DNA of 64,000 nucleotides. Origin: Hypanus sabinus (lineage: Eukaryota). Below, piece after piece: positions 51,419 through 64,000 of this stretch. The stretch is taken from NCBI RefSeq assembly GCF_030144855.1, contig NC_082730.1:15066001-15130000 (forward strand), given 5' to 3'. The translations under genes were made by a program, and so were the position numbers. Below the pieces are notes generated by a model. It had not been told where the DNA came from and searched no databases. It was given only the letters and a program-made list of their open reading frames with translations. Each line of letters opens with the position of its first letter. Position 1 is the stretch's first letter.

Positions 51419-53645
51419 CTGAGGGAGGCATTTTCAGATTTGAGGGGAAAGGAACAATTAATGCAAACTAATATTTTTGAACATGATGATAAAAACCTGT
51501 CCCGGTCATATGCAGCATGGGGCATTTGTTGCCACAGCCAATTACTTTAGTGTGAGGTGCTGACAGTGCTCTTACTGTGTCAGCTGTGTCAGTGCTCTCT
51601 CCCCTGAGTCAGTACATTGTGGGTTCACTACCACTCCAAAGTCCTGAGCAGAAACCCAGGACTGACTTTCTAATGCAGTTCTGAGGGAGAGGAGCAGTGT
51701 TGAACTTTCAATTACCTCCTCTCAGCCTTTCAAATGTACACAAAGTTCCCAATGAATTAATTTGGGATGCTCCCAGATTTTTGCGTGTGTGTCTCAGATT
51801 CCAGGAAATTGCAACTGGAGGCGAAGCCTAACGGCAACTCCTTTGCTTGCATCTTCGGAAACGGCTCTATTTCTATCTTTGATAACTCTTTTTATCCCTC
51901 TCAAGATTCTTTTGAAGTCCCTGACCTGAAGTTACACGCTCAATTCAATTCTTGGCAGAAATGGGACCCGCTTTCGGGGCCTCATGACTAGCCGCTTTTC
52001 GATATGCCAAGGATGCAGGCATGGAAGACCAGTGCACCTTCAAGGTGCTGGATATTCATGGCTCTGGCGGGCGGATTCAAGGCTGGTGCATTGTGGGAGT
52101 ACACGGAAGATCGTAAGTGGCGAACTGATTGCAGCCTTTGTGCCCAGGGCCCAAGTTCTTTGGGCACAGGGCTTGGAAAATGCAACACAACAGACTTTTA
52201 ACACCATAAAATCAGCGATTCATATAACCATATAACTATATAACAATTACAGCATGGAAACAGGCCATCTCAGCCCTTCTAGTCCGTGCCGAACACTTAC
52301 TCCCACCTAATCCCACCGATTTGCACTCAGCCCAGAACCCTCCAATCCTTTCCTGTCCATATACCTATCCATTCACTTTGTTATGTCTCCTGTGAAACTG
52401 TGAAACTGGGACACCTCTAGTCTTTGGGGAACTTTAAGTCTGTGTCTTTATTGATGCTTTGCTGCATACTTGAGTTCTCAGTGGGGGGTTGGTGATGCTT
52501 TTTTGTTGGCAGGGGGGTCATTGCTTTGCTGCTGTTTATGAGTGGGGGGGAGTTGGGGGGTATTTGGGGTTCTAACATTTAATTGTCATTTGTTCTTTGA
52601 GACACTCCTCTGTTTTTGTGGATGTTTGCTCAGGAAGAGAATTTCAGGATGTACATGGTATACATTTCTTTGATATTAAATGTACCTTTTGAAATGGGGT
52701 GGGTAAGATCATTTGAGATGATGTTTCAATTCTTGCCATTAGGCTGGTGTCCTGATTTACCCCTCATGATGTCTAAAACTGGACACTCTGATTCTGATGG
52801 AAGTTTTATATTTTGTACCTATCAAGTATTTCTCTGTGGAATTAGTAGGTGGTGCAACAGTGGTCATTAGTACTTTAGCGTCTAGAAATCCAGGTGCAAT
52901 TTCAATTTCTGTAAGGATACATTGAGAGATTATATAGATAATGTATTAATTATTTCTAGATTAAAAACACACATAATGATAATGATCAACTACCAGACTG
53001 TCAAAATCCCATCCGGATTGGAAAGGCCTTTCAGGACAGAAATCTTTCATCCCTACCCACCCTGGTTTACCTTTGACACTAGATCTAGTAATGTTCTTTA
53101 CTAATTGCCCCACTGAAATGGCCCAGGAATCACACTGATTTCAAGACAATAACATCAATTGTCATACTGATCCCTGCAGAGTGAGAACAGTTTCCAGAAA
53201 TGGGAGACCGGATGTTCTTGCTTAACAGCCGCCAGGAGATTTCTCCACCTGGACATATTCTCTCCCGACTGACTTCACACTGTTCCCCTTTTCTCCTAAT
53301 CTGCTTCCACCACTCACCCACTCAAAACTCCACCCCCTTCCCTCTCCATTCTATTTGCTCACTGTGCTTCAGCCCTCCTCAATCCCTGACCACCTAGTGG
53401 ACCCAGTCTCACCCCCTCCCCCTCTCCTATTTACACGTTCTCCCTCTCCATTCACACTTGAAGCAGAGTCTCAACCCGAACCGTTGACGTTTCCCCTCCC
53501 TCTGACACAAGCTGCTTGACCCATTGAGTGAACTATGAACTCCAGTTTCTGACACCTACAGGTATTCAAGTACTGTTCTGAAAATGGTCTACGACTTCCA
53601 AACCAAAGCTGATTGTACGAATGTCCAGCGCAGTTTGTTACTCAC

Positions 53646-53685
53646 CAGGTAGGAAACCAATCAGAAGGAATGAGGTCCACATCAT
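53646..53685 (-). CDS. Leader exon L1 (MMWTSFLLIGFLP; continues into V exon as VSGALWA)
   Basis: ATG ATG TGG...CCT G|gtgagt, phase 1; hydrophobic signal peptide completed by the V exon. Confidence 0.88.
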
Positions 53686-53770
53686 TTTATTCACGGAGAC
53701 CCAGCCAGGACCTATTTGTCCTCAGAGAGAAACAAAAATGGGGAAGAAAGCAACAGGGAGTTTGATCAAA

Positions 53771-53794
53771 AACCACAACTGGAGAGTGGGAAGT
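53771..53794 (-). promoter_or_regulatory. RUNX (TGTGGTT) and ETS/PU.1-type (GGAAGT) motifs ~90-110 bp upstream of leader L1
   Basis: AACCACA 53771-53777, GGAAGT 53789-53794; short motifs, supported by position only. Confidence 0.4.
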
Positions 53795-53879
53795 GATGAT
53801 CTGCAAAGCTTTTAGCTGTATTTAGCAAGAGAGAAACACTTAAACAATTCCCAAAGATGGAATGAAATGGTAAGAAGAG

Positions 53880-54730
53880 CTAAAATATTCGGATCAGAAA
53901 ATATATTAACAGGATGAGCTGCAACGTAAAAAGCAGACAAAATTAAAAAGGGTGAATACAGGACTGAAGGTGTTATATCTAAATGTGTGCAATATCCGAA
54001 ATGAGTTAGATGATCTTGCAGCACAGTTGCAGATTGGTAGGTGTGATGTTGTAGGCTTCACTGAATCATGCTGATAAAAGATTTTAGCTGGCAGTTGGAC
54101 GTCCAAGGATACACATTGTATCAAAAGGACAGACAGGAAGGAAGATAGGGTGGGGTGACTTTATTGGTAAAACATGAAATCAAATCATTAGAAATAGGTG
54201 ACATATGGTTGGACAGTCCTGAATCAATTGTAGATAGAGCTAAGGAACTGCAAAGGCAAAAAGACCCTGATGGGAGTTGTATACAGACCCCCAAACAGTG
54301 GTAAGGATGTGGTCTGCAAGTTACTACAGGAGATAGAAAATGCATGCCAAAAGAGCTGGAGGAACTGAGCTGGCCAGGCAGCATCCGTGGGCTCAAAATA
54401 TTGACTGCACTTCTTTCCATAGATGCTGCCCGGTCTGCTGAGTTCCTCCATTGTCTTGGGTGTGGTGCTCAGATTTTCAGCATCTACAGATTTTCTCTTG
54501 AATTTTACACCAGTCATGGGAGACTTCAATGTGCAGGTAGATTGGGAAAATCAGACTGGTGCTGGATTCCAGGATAGGGAATTTCTAGAGAGCCTCTGGA
54601 ATGTCTTTTTAGAGCAGCTTGTGGCTAAGCTCACTGAGGGATCAGTTATTCTGAATTGGGTGTCGTGCAATGAATTAGGATTTATTTGGGAGCTGAAGGT
54701 AAAAGAACCCTAAGAAAAACTGATCATAAT
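53880..54730 (+). mobile_element. CR1 endonuclease-region fragment with an inverted-repeat Penelope-terminus insert (~54350-54497)
   Basis: MGDFNVQVDWENQ and ILNWVSCNE motifs; ~30-bp inverted repeat within the insert. Confidence 0.8.
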
Positions 54731-54732
54731 AT

Positions 54733-55880
54733 TGTGACACCGCCCCTGAATTTCTAATAACCAGCACTATTTATTGCTCTTGTTTTAAAATGTTTTTATG
54801 TGATTATGGTGGGAAGTTCCAGTTCATTTATTGTTACATTTTCGCTTGGATTATACAGTTATTTGCTTGTGTATTTGTGGGTCACCCTAACTGTAACGGG
54901 GGTGTGTGATGGTTACCTCCCCTGTCTGTATGAGACTGGTTGGGTTCACTTTCCAGATCATGGCTATTTTGTGGTTATCAAAATATAATGGTTATTGAGT
55001 TCAATGAGTATCCTCATCTGTCATTGTGGACCAAATATTCGCCACATTGGTGTCAGGAGTCGGATGCAAAATTGACGACAAGATTGAAGAGCTACGATAT
55101 TGTATAGAGTGTCTTAAGACACGGGTAATATGTCCAGGACCGAGCGGTATGCCTGCCCCATACCGGGCTCATGAGACGAGACCCGAAGGAGGACCTGGGA
55201 ACTGAGGTTCATGCCTTCCCAGGGAGCCCCGATGGAGCGATCGTACCAGGATCTCCAACCCGGGGGACACGGCGGAGTGCATCACCCGCCTCTGTCACGA
55301 TGCGCACCAGGGAATACAAGACGTCGTAGCTACGGGAGGATGGGCACGATGGCAGATGCCGCTGGAGCAAGAGGAAGACCAAAGGGCATCAACCATTCAC
55401 GCCACAAGATCAACCCTGGAGCTCCCAGACACAACGGTCCAGCTGCCTGGAGCAAGTCAAACTAACTTGCCGCATGGCACAACAGGTAGAGCCCACCGGG
55501 ATGGCGGGGCACCTTGCCCTGGCTCTGGAGGGGTTGTCCCTGTAAGCCCTCATCGACCTAACATTGGCTGAGCAGCGTGACTACCACGTCCTTGTATCAG
55601 TGCTGGAGCGCCGTTTCGAGCAATGAGGGAAGAACTGTGCCACAGACGACACAGTGTGGGAGAAAGCTTGGGGGCCCTTGCAGCAGATCACTGCCCCTGT
55701 ACTGGGCAAGGCTACCGCCAGTTCCCTCCTGCAGCCCAGGAAGAGCTCGCCTTCTTCACTTCTGTAAACGTGCTGACGTCAGAGCGTCTTCAGCAGCATG
55801 TTCGCCCGACATCGGCAGCGTCGCTGGCCGGGGCAGAGAGGGCAGAAGCAATTTTAGCGCCCCAAAGACATCCCTTTTGA
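54733..55880 (+). mobile_element. Gypsy LTR retrotransposon 5' part: LTR 54733-55046, PBS 55048-55065 (tRNA-Leu type), decayed gag; truncated
   Basis: TGTG...CACA LTR; TGGTGTCAGGAGTCGGAT closely complements the 3' end of vertebrate tRNA-Leu(CAG) as I recall it; gag-like DLTLAEQRDYHVLVSVLERRF. Confidence 0.8.
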
Positions 55881-57289
55881 ACAGAGATTAGGAAGTAGGT
55901 GGGATGTAGAAGCAGCTTTCATGCAAACTCAGCACACAGTACTCCACTTCATTCCCTCTCTGAAGTCTGTGCCCATTCTTTGAAGTAACTTTTAGAGCTG
56001 ACCTCTTCTGAATTCTTTTCCCTCCGTTGGTGCGATTTCAAGAGCTCTGATGGGATTTCACTTTGCTTTAGTTAGATGTGAGGGGAAAACCTACTGAATG
56101 GAATTACCCATTCACAATGGGGAAAAGCCACATCGGATCTGTTCTTAAACCAACTCAACTCCATTTTGATAGGAAATGGTCTGTGTAAGTAGACAACCTC
56201 TGTAGTTTCTATTTCTCATAGAATTATAGGGCATAGTAAACAGACAGGTCACACTTGTCTAAGGAGAAGACATTTTTATCTTACCTATCTCACCTCCATA
56301 CCCTAACCCCACATAACTTTGCATAGATTCTCAGTTGCTTGCTTCGCAATATCCCTGTTCAACTGGTTAGATCTTTCAATGTTACTCAAACAGTGATCTA
56401 TCCAGAGTCCTGCTGTGCAATTCCCTGGACCAGATGAAATCTGAGAGAGCTTCAGTACAAGGGATAACAATTCTCACAGGTCACACTTGTTGGAGAAATA
56501 TTACAGAATCAGGTTTAATATCACTGGCATATTGTATGTCCTGAAATTATTTGTATCGACACCATCTAAAGTTTAATTTAACAATGTTAATTGTTCAACT
56601 GCCTGAACTGCTGAGATCCCCCAGCATTTTGAGTGTGTTGTTTCATTGTTCATCCTTGATTTCATTGTAGTGTGAGGATTGAGGTGATCCAAGAATGTGG
56701 CTGATTTATATATTTATATTGTCCTGAATTATTGTTGCTGACTTTGCAATTATCTATAAACACTTAATTTCACATTGCATAGAAATGGATAAATGATAAA
56801 ATAATTCAGTACAGACAGAGAGTTTTTGTTACTTTGGGTTTGTTACATTTGTTTTAGGGGAAAACAGTGCAGTATATTAGCTGTGAATGTATAGCTGCTT
56901 AAACTCTGTACTTTGTAGAGTATGAGTGCTGTCACTGCTGTCATCTGTGCAATGTTTATCCTCAGCGAAGGACGTGGTCAGAACTTCTGTCTTTATTTAT
57001 CTTACCAAATAGAATATACAGAAGTACCAATAGATGCTATATATAAACAAATTGTTCCACCCTCTTCCTGTATTGCCCCATCGCTCCTTGGAAAGCTTCT
57101 CAACAAGTATGGTTCAATATGCTGATGAGGACAAGTGCAGATATGCAATATATCTTCAGATAAGCATTTTTCTTTCAGCAAGATCTCTGAACAACAATAA
57201 CAATTCCATGAAGAAAAGATTTTTTGACCTTTGTGTTTAAAATTAATCCCAATCCTGTGCACAGCTGTAAATACTTCTATGTGATCATA

Positions 57290-57830
57290 AAACGTTTTCC
57301 TGTAGGTTGTTGGGAAGACATCCAAGAACTGAGGCTTTAGAAGGTATTGGTCAGACTGCACTTGGAATATGTTGAACAGTTTAGGAATCCCTATCTACGA
57401 AAGGATGTGCTGTATTTGGAGGAGATTCATAGGAATGATCCCAGGAATGAAAAAGCTTGAGTTTAGAAGAATGAGGGGGAAATTTCATTGAAACCTCTTG
57501 AATAGTGAAAGGCCTGGATGGAGCGTATGAGCAGACGACATTTCCTATCGTGGAGGAGTTTCGGACAAGAGGACACAGCAACAATATGATAACCCTTTTG
57601 CAAAGAGATGAGAAGGAATTTGTTTGGTCAGAGAGTGATGAACCTGTGGAATTCATTGAAAAAGACGGCTGTGGAGGCTACATCATTGTGAATATTTGAA
57701 GTGGATGTTGCTGATTCTTGATTGGTAAGGGTGTCGAAAGTTATGCGGAGAATGGGGCTGAGGTGGATAATAAATCAGCCATTATAGAATGGTGGCATAG
57801 ATTGATGGGCTAAATGGTCATTATGTTCTT
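57290..57830 (+). mobile_element. CR1 3' fragment
   Basis: LYKALVR.HLEY-type, RRMRG and CR1 3' UTR remnants. Confidence 0.8.
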
Positions 57831-59344
57831 GGATTATTGTCTTCTGGTCTTAAGTGATGAAATAATACAGGAAGAGAATGGAACAATTTGTTTACATCAG
57901 ACATCCACTGGCACTTCCTTAAAGTCTGATTTATAAGTCAAGTAAAGAGCACAGAAGTTCTAAACACATCCACTGAGAATTTCTTTGGGATGTCCTTAGA
58001 AAGAGGATGGGCCTCTTTCAGAATCAGAATCAGGTTTGTTTTCACTGTCTTCTGATGTAAAATTTGCTGTTTTGCCACAGAAAAAAAAAACGAGCAAGTT
58101 CCTTCCCTTAGACTTGTAATGAGCTTGGGTTGATCAAGTCCAGATTCACAAGTGGGTCCACTGTAACTGGAATTATCTCGGGCTAATCAACAGCCAGACC
58201 TAACCTGTAGAAGTCAAGAGCTCCAAACAGCCTCTTTTTGCTTCACATCCTCACACAGCTAGTAAGGGATATCGTGCCATATTCCTCCTTGTCAGTGAGG
58301 CACTTCAAAGTTCAAAATCAAATTAAATTTATTATCAAAAGACTTGTATGTCACTATATACTGTGCTACCACAACTGCAGTTACAATAATGCAGTTCACC
58401 TGTTTTACTTCCAAGACATTTTATTCTATGTATGTACATTTATGGGTTACAGGCACATGTTAGTACTGAGAAAAGTTACACAGTCTGTTACAGGTTTACA
58501 ACCTGATAACCAATGTAAACTACAATAATTTGCAGCTCACTCATTTTAATCAACACTCAACTTTTATTTCTCTTGTTTATTCTCCTTTAGGATATTTGTG
58601 CATTGACTGGGAATCATCATGCTTGTGTCCCTTTCTCTATTTATTCACTATGCATTATGATAGGTCAGTAAACTTGCACCTTATCAAAGTTCAAAAAGTT
58701 TATGATAAATTTATTATCAATGTACATATGTGTTACTATATCCTATCCTGAGATTCATTTTCTTGCAGACATTCACAGTAGAACAAAGAAATATAATAGA
58801 ATCAATGAAAAACTACAGACAAAGAATTACAACCAATGTGCAAAAGACAAATTGCAAATAAAAATAATAATTTTAGGAAATGAATAAGACTGAGAGCATA
58901 AGTTGTAGAGACCTTGAAATTGTTTCCACAGGTTGTCTAGTCAGTTGAGGTGACTGATTCGGGAGCCTGATGGTTTAAGGTTGATAAATGTACCTGATGA
59001 TGTGGTGTGGGACCAAAGGCTCCTTTACTTCCTTCCTGGTGGCATCAGTGAGAAGAAAGCATAGCCTAGATGGTGGAGTAGTTTTTACCTGAAACTGCAC
59101 CAGCAAATGATGAGGAACTATTGCGTACTTGCTCTTGTGGAAACATAGCTCTGGGACAACATCCCCTGCACCATCAGACTTCAGACCATGCCACTCAGGG
59201 ATTTGGACAAATATTATTGATAATTATGTTTCTCAATGTATGTGCTATCTGAACCATATGTGCCATGTGGTGTGCTGTGTGTTACTGTGTTCTGAAGCTC
59301 AGGACATCCAAGGTGGTAATCTCCGGATTACACCCGGTGCCATG

Positions 59345-60960
59345 AACTAGTAAAGGTCAGAACAGGAAGATAGCGCAAGGGATTTAGGTGGGGTGGAGTT
59401 TGTTAGGTGTATTGGGGAAGTTTTCCTGATGCCATACATAGATAAGTCAACTAGAAGAGAGGCAGTACTTGATCTGGTATTGGGAAATGAACCTGGTCAG
59501 GTGTCAGATCTCTCAGTGGAATAGCATTTTGGAGATAGTGATCGCAACTCTTTCTCCTTTATCTTAGCACTCGGAAGGGATAGGAGCAGACTGTTTAGGA
59601 AAACATTTAATTGGGATAGGGGGAAATATGATTCTTTTAGGCAGGAATTTGGGAACATAAGTTGGGAACAAATGTTCTCAGGAAAATGCATGGCAGACCT
59701 CCATGGGTTTGTTCCACTCAGGAAAGGGTGGTAGGGTAAAATAACCATGTCATATAAAAGATGCAGAAAATCTATTTAAGAAAAGAAACACTTACAAAAG
59801 GTTCAAGAAACAAGATACTTTTTGAGCTCTAGGAAATTAGAAGGGTGCCAGGAAGGAGTTCAAGAATGAACTAGAAAGAAAGAGCTAGAAGAAGACATGA
59901 GAAGGCTTTGCTGAGCAGGATTAAGGAAAACCTCAAGACATTCTACAAGTATGTGAAGAGCAAGTGGATGAGTCATGTGAGAAGAGGACCAATTAGGAGT
60001 GATAGTGGAATCATGTGCATGGAGCTGATGGAAATAGCAGAGGAACTTAATGAATACTTTGCTTCAGTATTCACCAGTGAAATACACACACTTCTATGTC
60101 AGGAATAATTCTTAAAACTTTAAGATGGTAAAGAATACATCTACTTCCTATAGATGCTGCCTGACCTGCTATGTGCCACCAGCATTGTGTGTGTGTTGCA
60201 ACTAATTATTTTGTGTTTTATATTTTAAATAATTTACATCACTTTGTAGAGATCTGCTTTCACTTTGACATGTAAGATTATTCTTCTGTTGATCAGTGTC
60301 AAAAAAAGCCAAATTAAATCCACTGTAATTCCATGTTGTAGAACAATAAAACATGAAATGTTACAAGGGGGAAAATACATTTTACAGGGACAGTACACGT
60401 ACTGTATGTACGTATCTAAGATCCTCTAAATGTCCCTGTTGTATCAGCCTCTACAGCCATGCCCTCAGTGCATTCCAAGGACCGGTGAAACAAAATTAAA
60501 TCTTACATTGCCCCTAAACTTTCTTCTCCTCACGTTAAATGGATGTCCTCTGGTGCTGGTTATCCTCACCATGAGAAAGGGATAATGGCTGTTCACTAAA
60601 GCTATGCCTTATACTCCACAATACTGCACAGGTTTTATCAAGCTGTAGCATTACCTTGCAGCTCTTGAAATCAATCCCCTCGACTACTGAAGTCCAGCAC
60701 ATCCTACAGCTTCTTTAACACCCTTTCAAACTGTACAGCAAATTTGGTGAATTTATGAACTTGGATCCCAATATCCCTCTAGACCTCCGCATTGTGAAGA
60801 ACTCTGCATTAATCTTGTAATCTGCCTTCAAATTTGATCATGCAAAGTGTATCACTTCACATTTTTCAGAGTTAAGCTCCACCCAGCACTGCAACCTGTC
60901 TATCTCCTCTTGTTACTTACAATAACCTATACAACCCAGAACACCGACAATTTTCGTGTC
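59345..60960. mobile_element. CR1 fragments (+ 59345-60085; - 60390-60960)
   Basis: LDLVLGNEPGQV, KENLKTFYKYVKSK and AEELNEYFASVFT motifs. Confidence 0.8.
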
Positions 60961-61782
60961 ATGAGTCAACATATATACATGCTTCAGACTTTTGAATTAA
61001 GCAACATTACAGAGGCTTCTTCATATGCAGAAGTGTCCATAGATCAGGAGTTCATAACCTAGGACAGAACTGTATTGTATTTTATCTTACACATCTTTCC
61101 TCTGAGCAGATCTGCTTTCTAAACTGATAGTCTTCCACTACTTATGCAGATCTGAGGAGGGTTCCCAGATCTGAAACTGGGTTCAATGTAGGGTCTTGGC
61201 CCAAAACATCCTTTGCTAATTCCTTTACATAGATGCTGGCTGATCTGCTGAGTTCCTCCAACATTTGTGTGTGTTCAATCAGTATATCGGAGGACGTTTG
61301 AAAATCTGGCTGAATGGTGTCACGACAACAATATCCCATTCAACATCTTCAAAACCAAAGAGCTAATTATCGATACAGTGTGAGGTATCCAGAAATGCAT
61401 GAGCCAGTAATCAGCAGGAAATCAGAGGTGGAAAGAGTCAGTAACTTTAAATTGCTTGGCATTATTATTTTAGAGGTTCTGTCCTGGGTCCAGTACCCAA
61501 CTGCCATTAAAAAGAAAGGACAGCAGCACATTATTTACTGAAAAGTTTGCAAAGATCAAACTGCCATCTAAAACTTTGACAAAGTTCTATAGATCCACAG
61601 TGGAGAATATTCTTACTGGTTGCATCATGGCATGGTATGAAAACACTGATGACCTTGAATTGATAAACCTATAAAAGGTAGTGGATAAAGTCCAGTTGAT
61701 CACAGATTTTTTACAATCTCTGGACTCACCTTCAAGGATTCTACAACTCATGTTCTCAAATATTATTTAGAACTCATTTACC

Positions 61783-61825
<43 letters not shown>
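61783..61825. repeat. (ATT)n microsatellite inside a Rex/L2-type 3' fragment
   Basis: Direct inspection. Confidence 0.9.
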
Positions 61826-62649
61826 TTGCTTTTCTTTTAGTATTTCCATATTTTTTTACTCATTGTTTATGTGTCTGTCTTTTTCGTGTGTAGTTTTCAT
61901 TGATTCTATTGTGTTTCTCTGTATTTATGCTGAATGCCTGAAAGGAAAGGAAATTGTCTATGGTGACATATAGAGCATGTCCTTTAATAATAAGTTTAAT
62001 TTTCTTTTCTGAGAATCATGCTATCATTTGATTAGTATAGAATAAGTGCATTGAAATTGTGTATATTTCCACTCAATATTCAAGGGTATTAAAGACTAAT
62101 GAACAAATAAATTAAAAGTTGGGCATTGAACAAAACGAGTGATTGCAGCTTGATGCAGCTTGCAATGGTCAGTGGGGTGTGAATCTGCAAATGGAAGGTG
62201 CTACTTTTCTCAGAGTTGACATGTAACTGTAACCCGTGGATGTACATTTAGCCTCAGAGCTGCTACATGAAGGGAGTTGTTTGCAAATGTAAAAATCATC
62301 ACTGCATGTGCGCAATATTAGAAGATTCTTTGTAATCAGATAATGATGTGGTATAGCATAAGTTTTTTTTCACACAGTGGATCAGAAAGAGAATAAATAA
62401 GACCAAAAGACATCATTACATTGAAAACTGTGGCAGGTCACTATTATGCAGCAAGTTTCAACATGGAGTAAAACTGCTATCTACACACCAATTTTAAGCT
62501 TATTTTAGTTGTATATCTTTCACCATTGATTAAGATAATGTCAGTTTCTTTGATTAAATTGACAGATGAATTCCAACAAATTTGTCAGGGTAGAATTCTC
62601 CTTATGCAAATTATGCTGACTACAGTCTATTTTACCATATCTATTATAG

Positions 62650-63600
62650 TTAAATAGCAGGATACTTGGTAGTGTGGAGGAGCAGAGGGATCTGGGGGTA
62701 CATGTCCACATATACCTGAGACTTGCCTCATAGGTAGATCGGGTAGTTAAGAAAGCTTATGAGGTGTTAGCTTTCATAAGTCAAATGATAGCGTTTAAGA
62801 GTCGCGAGGTAATGATGCAGTTCTATAAAACTCTGGTTAGGTCACACTTGGAGTATTTTGTCCAGTTCTAGTCACCTCACTATAGGAAGGATGTGGATGC
62901 TTTGGAAAGGGACAGAGGAGATATACGAGGATGCTGCCTGGTTTAGAGTATGCATTATGATCAGAGATTAAGGGAGCTAGGGCTGTACTCTTTGGAGAGA
63001 AGGAGGATGAGCGGAGACTTGATAGAGGTATACAAGATATTAAGCGGAATAGATAGAGTGGACAGCCAACACCTCTTCCCCAGGGCACCACTTCTCAATA
63101 CAAGAGGACATGGGTTTAAGGAAAGAGGTGGGAAGTTCAAGGGGGTTATTAGAGGAAGGTTTTTTTACTCAGAGAGTGGTTGGTGTGTGGAATGCACTGC
63201 CTGAATCAGTGGTGGAGACTGATGCACTAGTGAAATTTAAGAGACTACTAGACAGGTACATGGAGGAATTTAAGGTGGGAGTAAAATGGGAGGCAGGGTT
63301 TAAGGGTCAGCATAACATTGTGGGCTAAAAGGCCTGTGCTGTGCTGTACTATTCTATGTTCCATGTTCTGTCTCCAAGTACTCTGAAACCTCATTCTTAA
63401 TACTAGATTCTAACATCTTACCAACCACTGAAGACAGACTAATCATCCTATAATTTCCTGCCTTTTGTCTCCCTCTCTTCTTAAAAGGATGAATGACATT
63501 TGTAATTTTCCAGTCCTCTGGAACCATACTTGAAAAATTATTACTCATGGCTCCACAGTCTCTTCAGCTTCCTCATTCAGAACCCTGGGGTGCAGACCAC
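62650..63600. mobile_element. CR1 fragments (+ 62650-63370 3' end; - 63362-63600)
   Basis: ORFs 62950-63204 and 63354-63548 carry CR1 motifs. Confidence 0.85.
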
Positions 63601-63872
63601 GCAACTAATCCTAATTCACCATGTCCTCTCTCCTGTTTACACTATCTTCCCTCTCCACACAGATTCAATGCAGGGTCTTGACCCAAACCATTGACAATCC
63701 CTTCCCCCTGATTGATGTTGCTCGACCTGCTGAGTTCCTCCAGGAGTTTTCTCTGAACTCCAGATTCTGACATCTTTAGTGTCTACATGTATTCAACCAT
63801 TATTCTGGAAACAATGCATGAACCACAAACCAATGCTGATTATAAAAATGTCCCATGCTGGTTCTCACTCAC

Positions 63873-63909
63873 TGGTTAGGAAACTAATCAGAAGAATCAA
63901 AATCCACAT
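63873..63909 (-). CDS. Second leader exon L2 (MWILILLISFLT), paralog of L1, with no V exon of its own downstream
   Basis: ATG TGG ATT...ACC A|gtgagt, phase 1; 5' UTR and ~200 bp of intron align to L1; GGAAGT at 63994-63999. Confidence 0.82.
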
Positions 63910-64000
63910 TGTTATATTCACTGAGACCCAGTCAGCACTTGTCTGTTCACAGAGTGAAATTACTGTCAAATAAAAATAAGGAAATAGAGGGCAGGAAGTC

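Noticed and set aside
61134-61170. TTYADLRR, an ITIM-like peptide
   Set aside because: Preceded by in-frame stops, has a weak acceptor, and overlaps the Penelope/hammerhead-like terminus; likely coincidence
1-64000. CRISPR arrays, rRNA/tRNA genes or prokaryotic operons
   Set aside because: None seen; the tRNA-like pieces are SINE heads or a PBS, and the short repeats are LINE tails and microsatellites

Overview
Vertebrate genomic DNA, most likely a cartilaginous fish (inferred from HE1/V-SINE-like, CR1, Rex/Babar, L1 and Penelope repeat content), mostly decayed transposable elements, with one assembly gap (28894-29166). Scattered through the repeats is a cluster of CD300/pIgR-like (MDIR-like) immune receptor genes of the form leader - V Ig - FcRL/PECAM-like C2 Ig - Cys stalk - TM - tail. 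I reconstructed the exons by hand from splice sites and codon phases. Gene A (+, 2868-20144) is an inhibitory type with an uncharged TM and an ITIM/YxNM/ITSM tail. It has a frameshift in each Ig exon, and its leader was not found in the window. On the minus strand (63909 to about 31339) there are two paralogous leader/promoter exons, two intact V-C2-stalk cassettes (C then B), but only one TM exon, which carries an Arg (activating type), and one short tail. Cassette B has no leader of its own and cassette C has no TM of its own, yet exon phases allow either cassette, or a V-C2-V-C2 tandem, to be spliced onto the shared TM. This is the most interesting system in the window; without transcripts it cannot be told apart from a deletion-fused pair of gene remnants. 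No prokaryotic features, rRNA, tRNA genes or CRISPR arrays were found.
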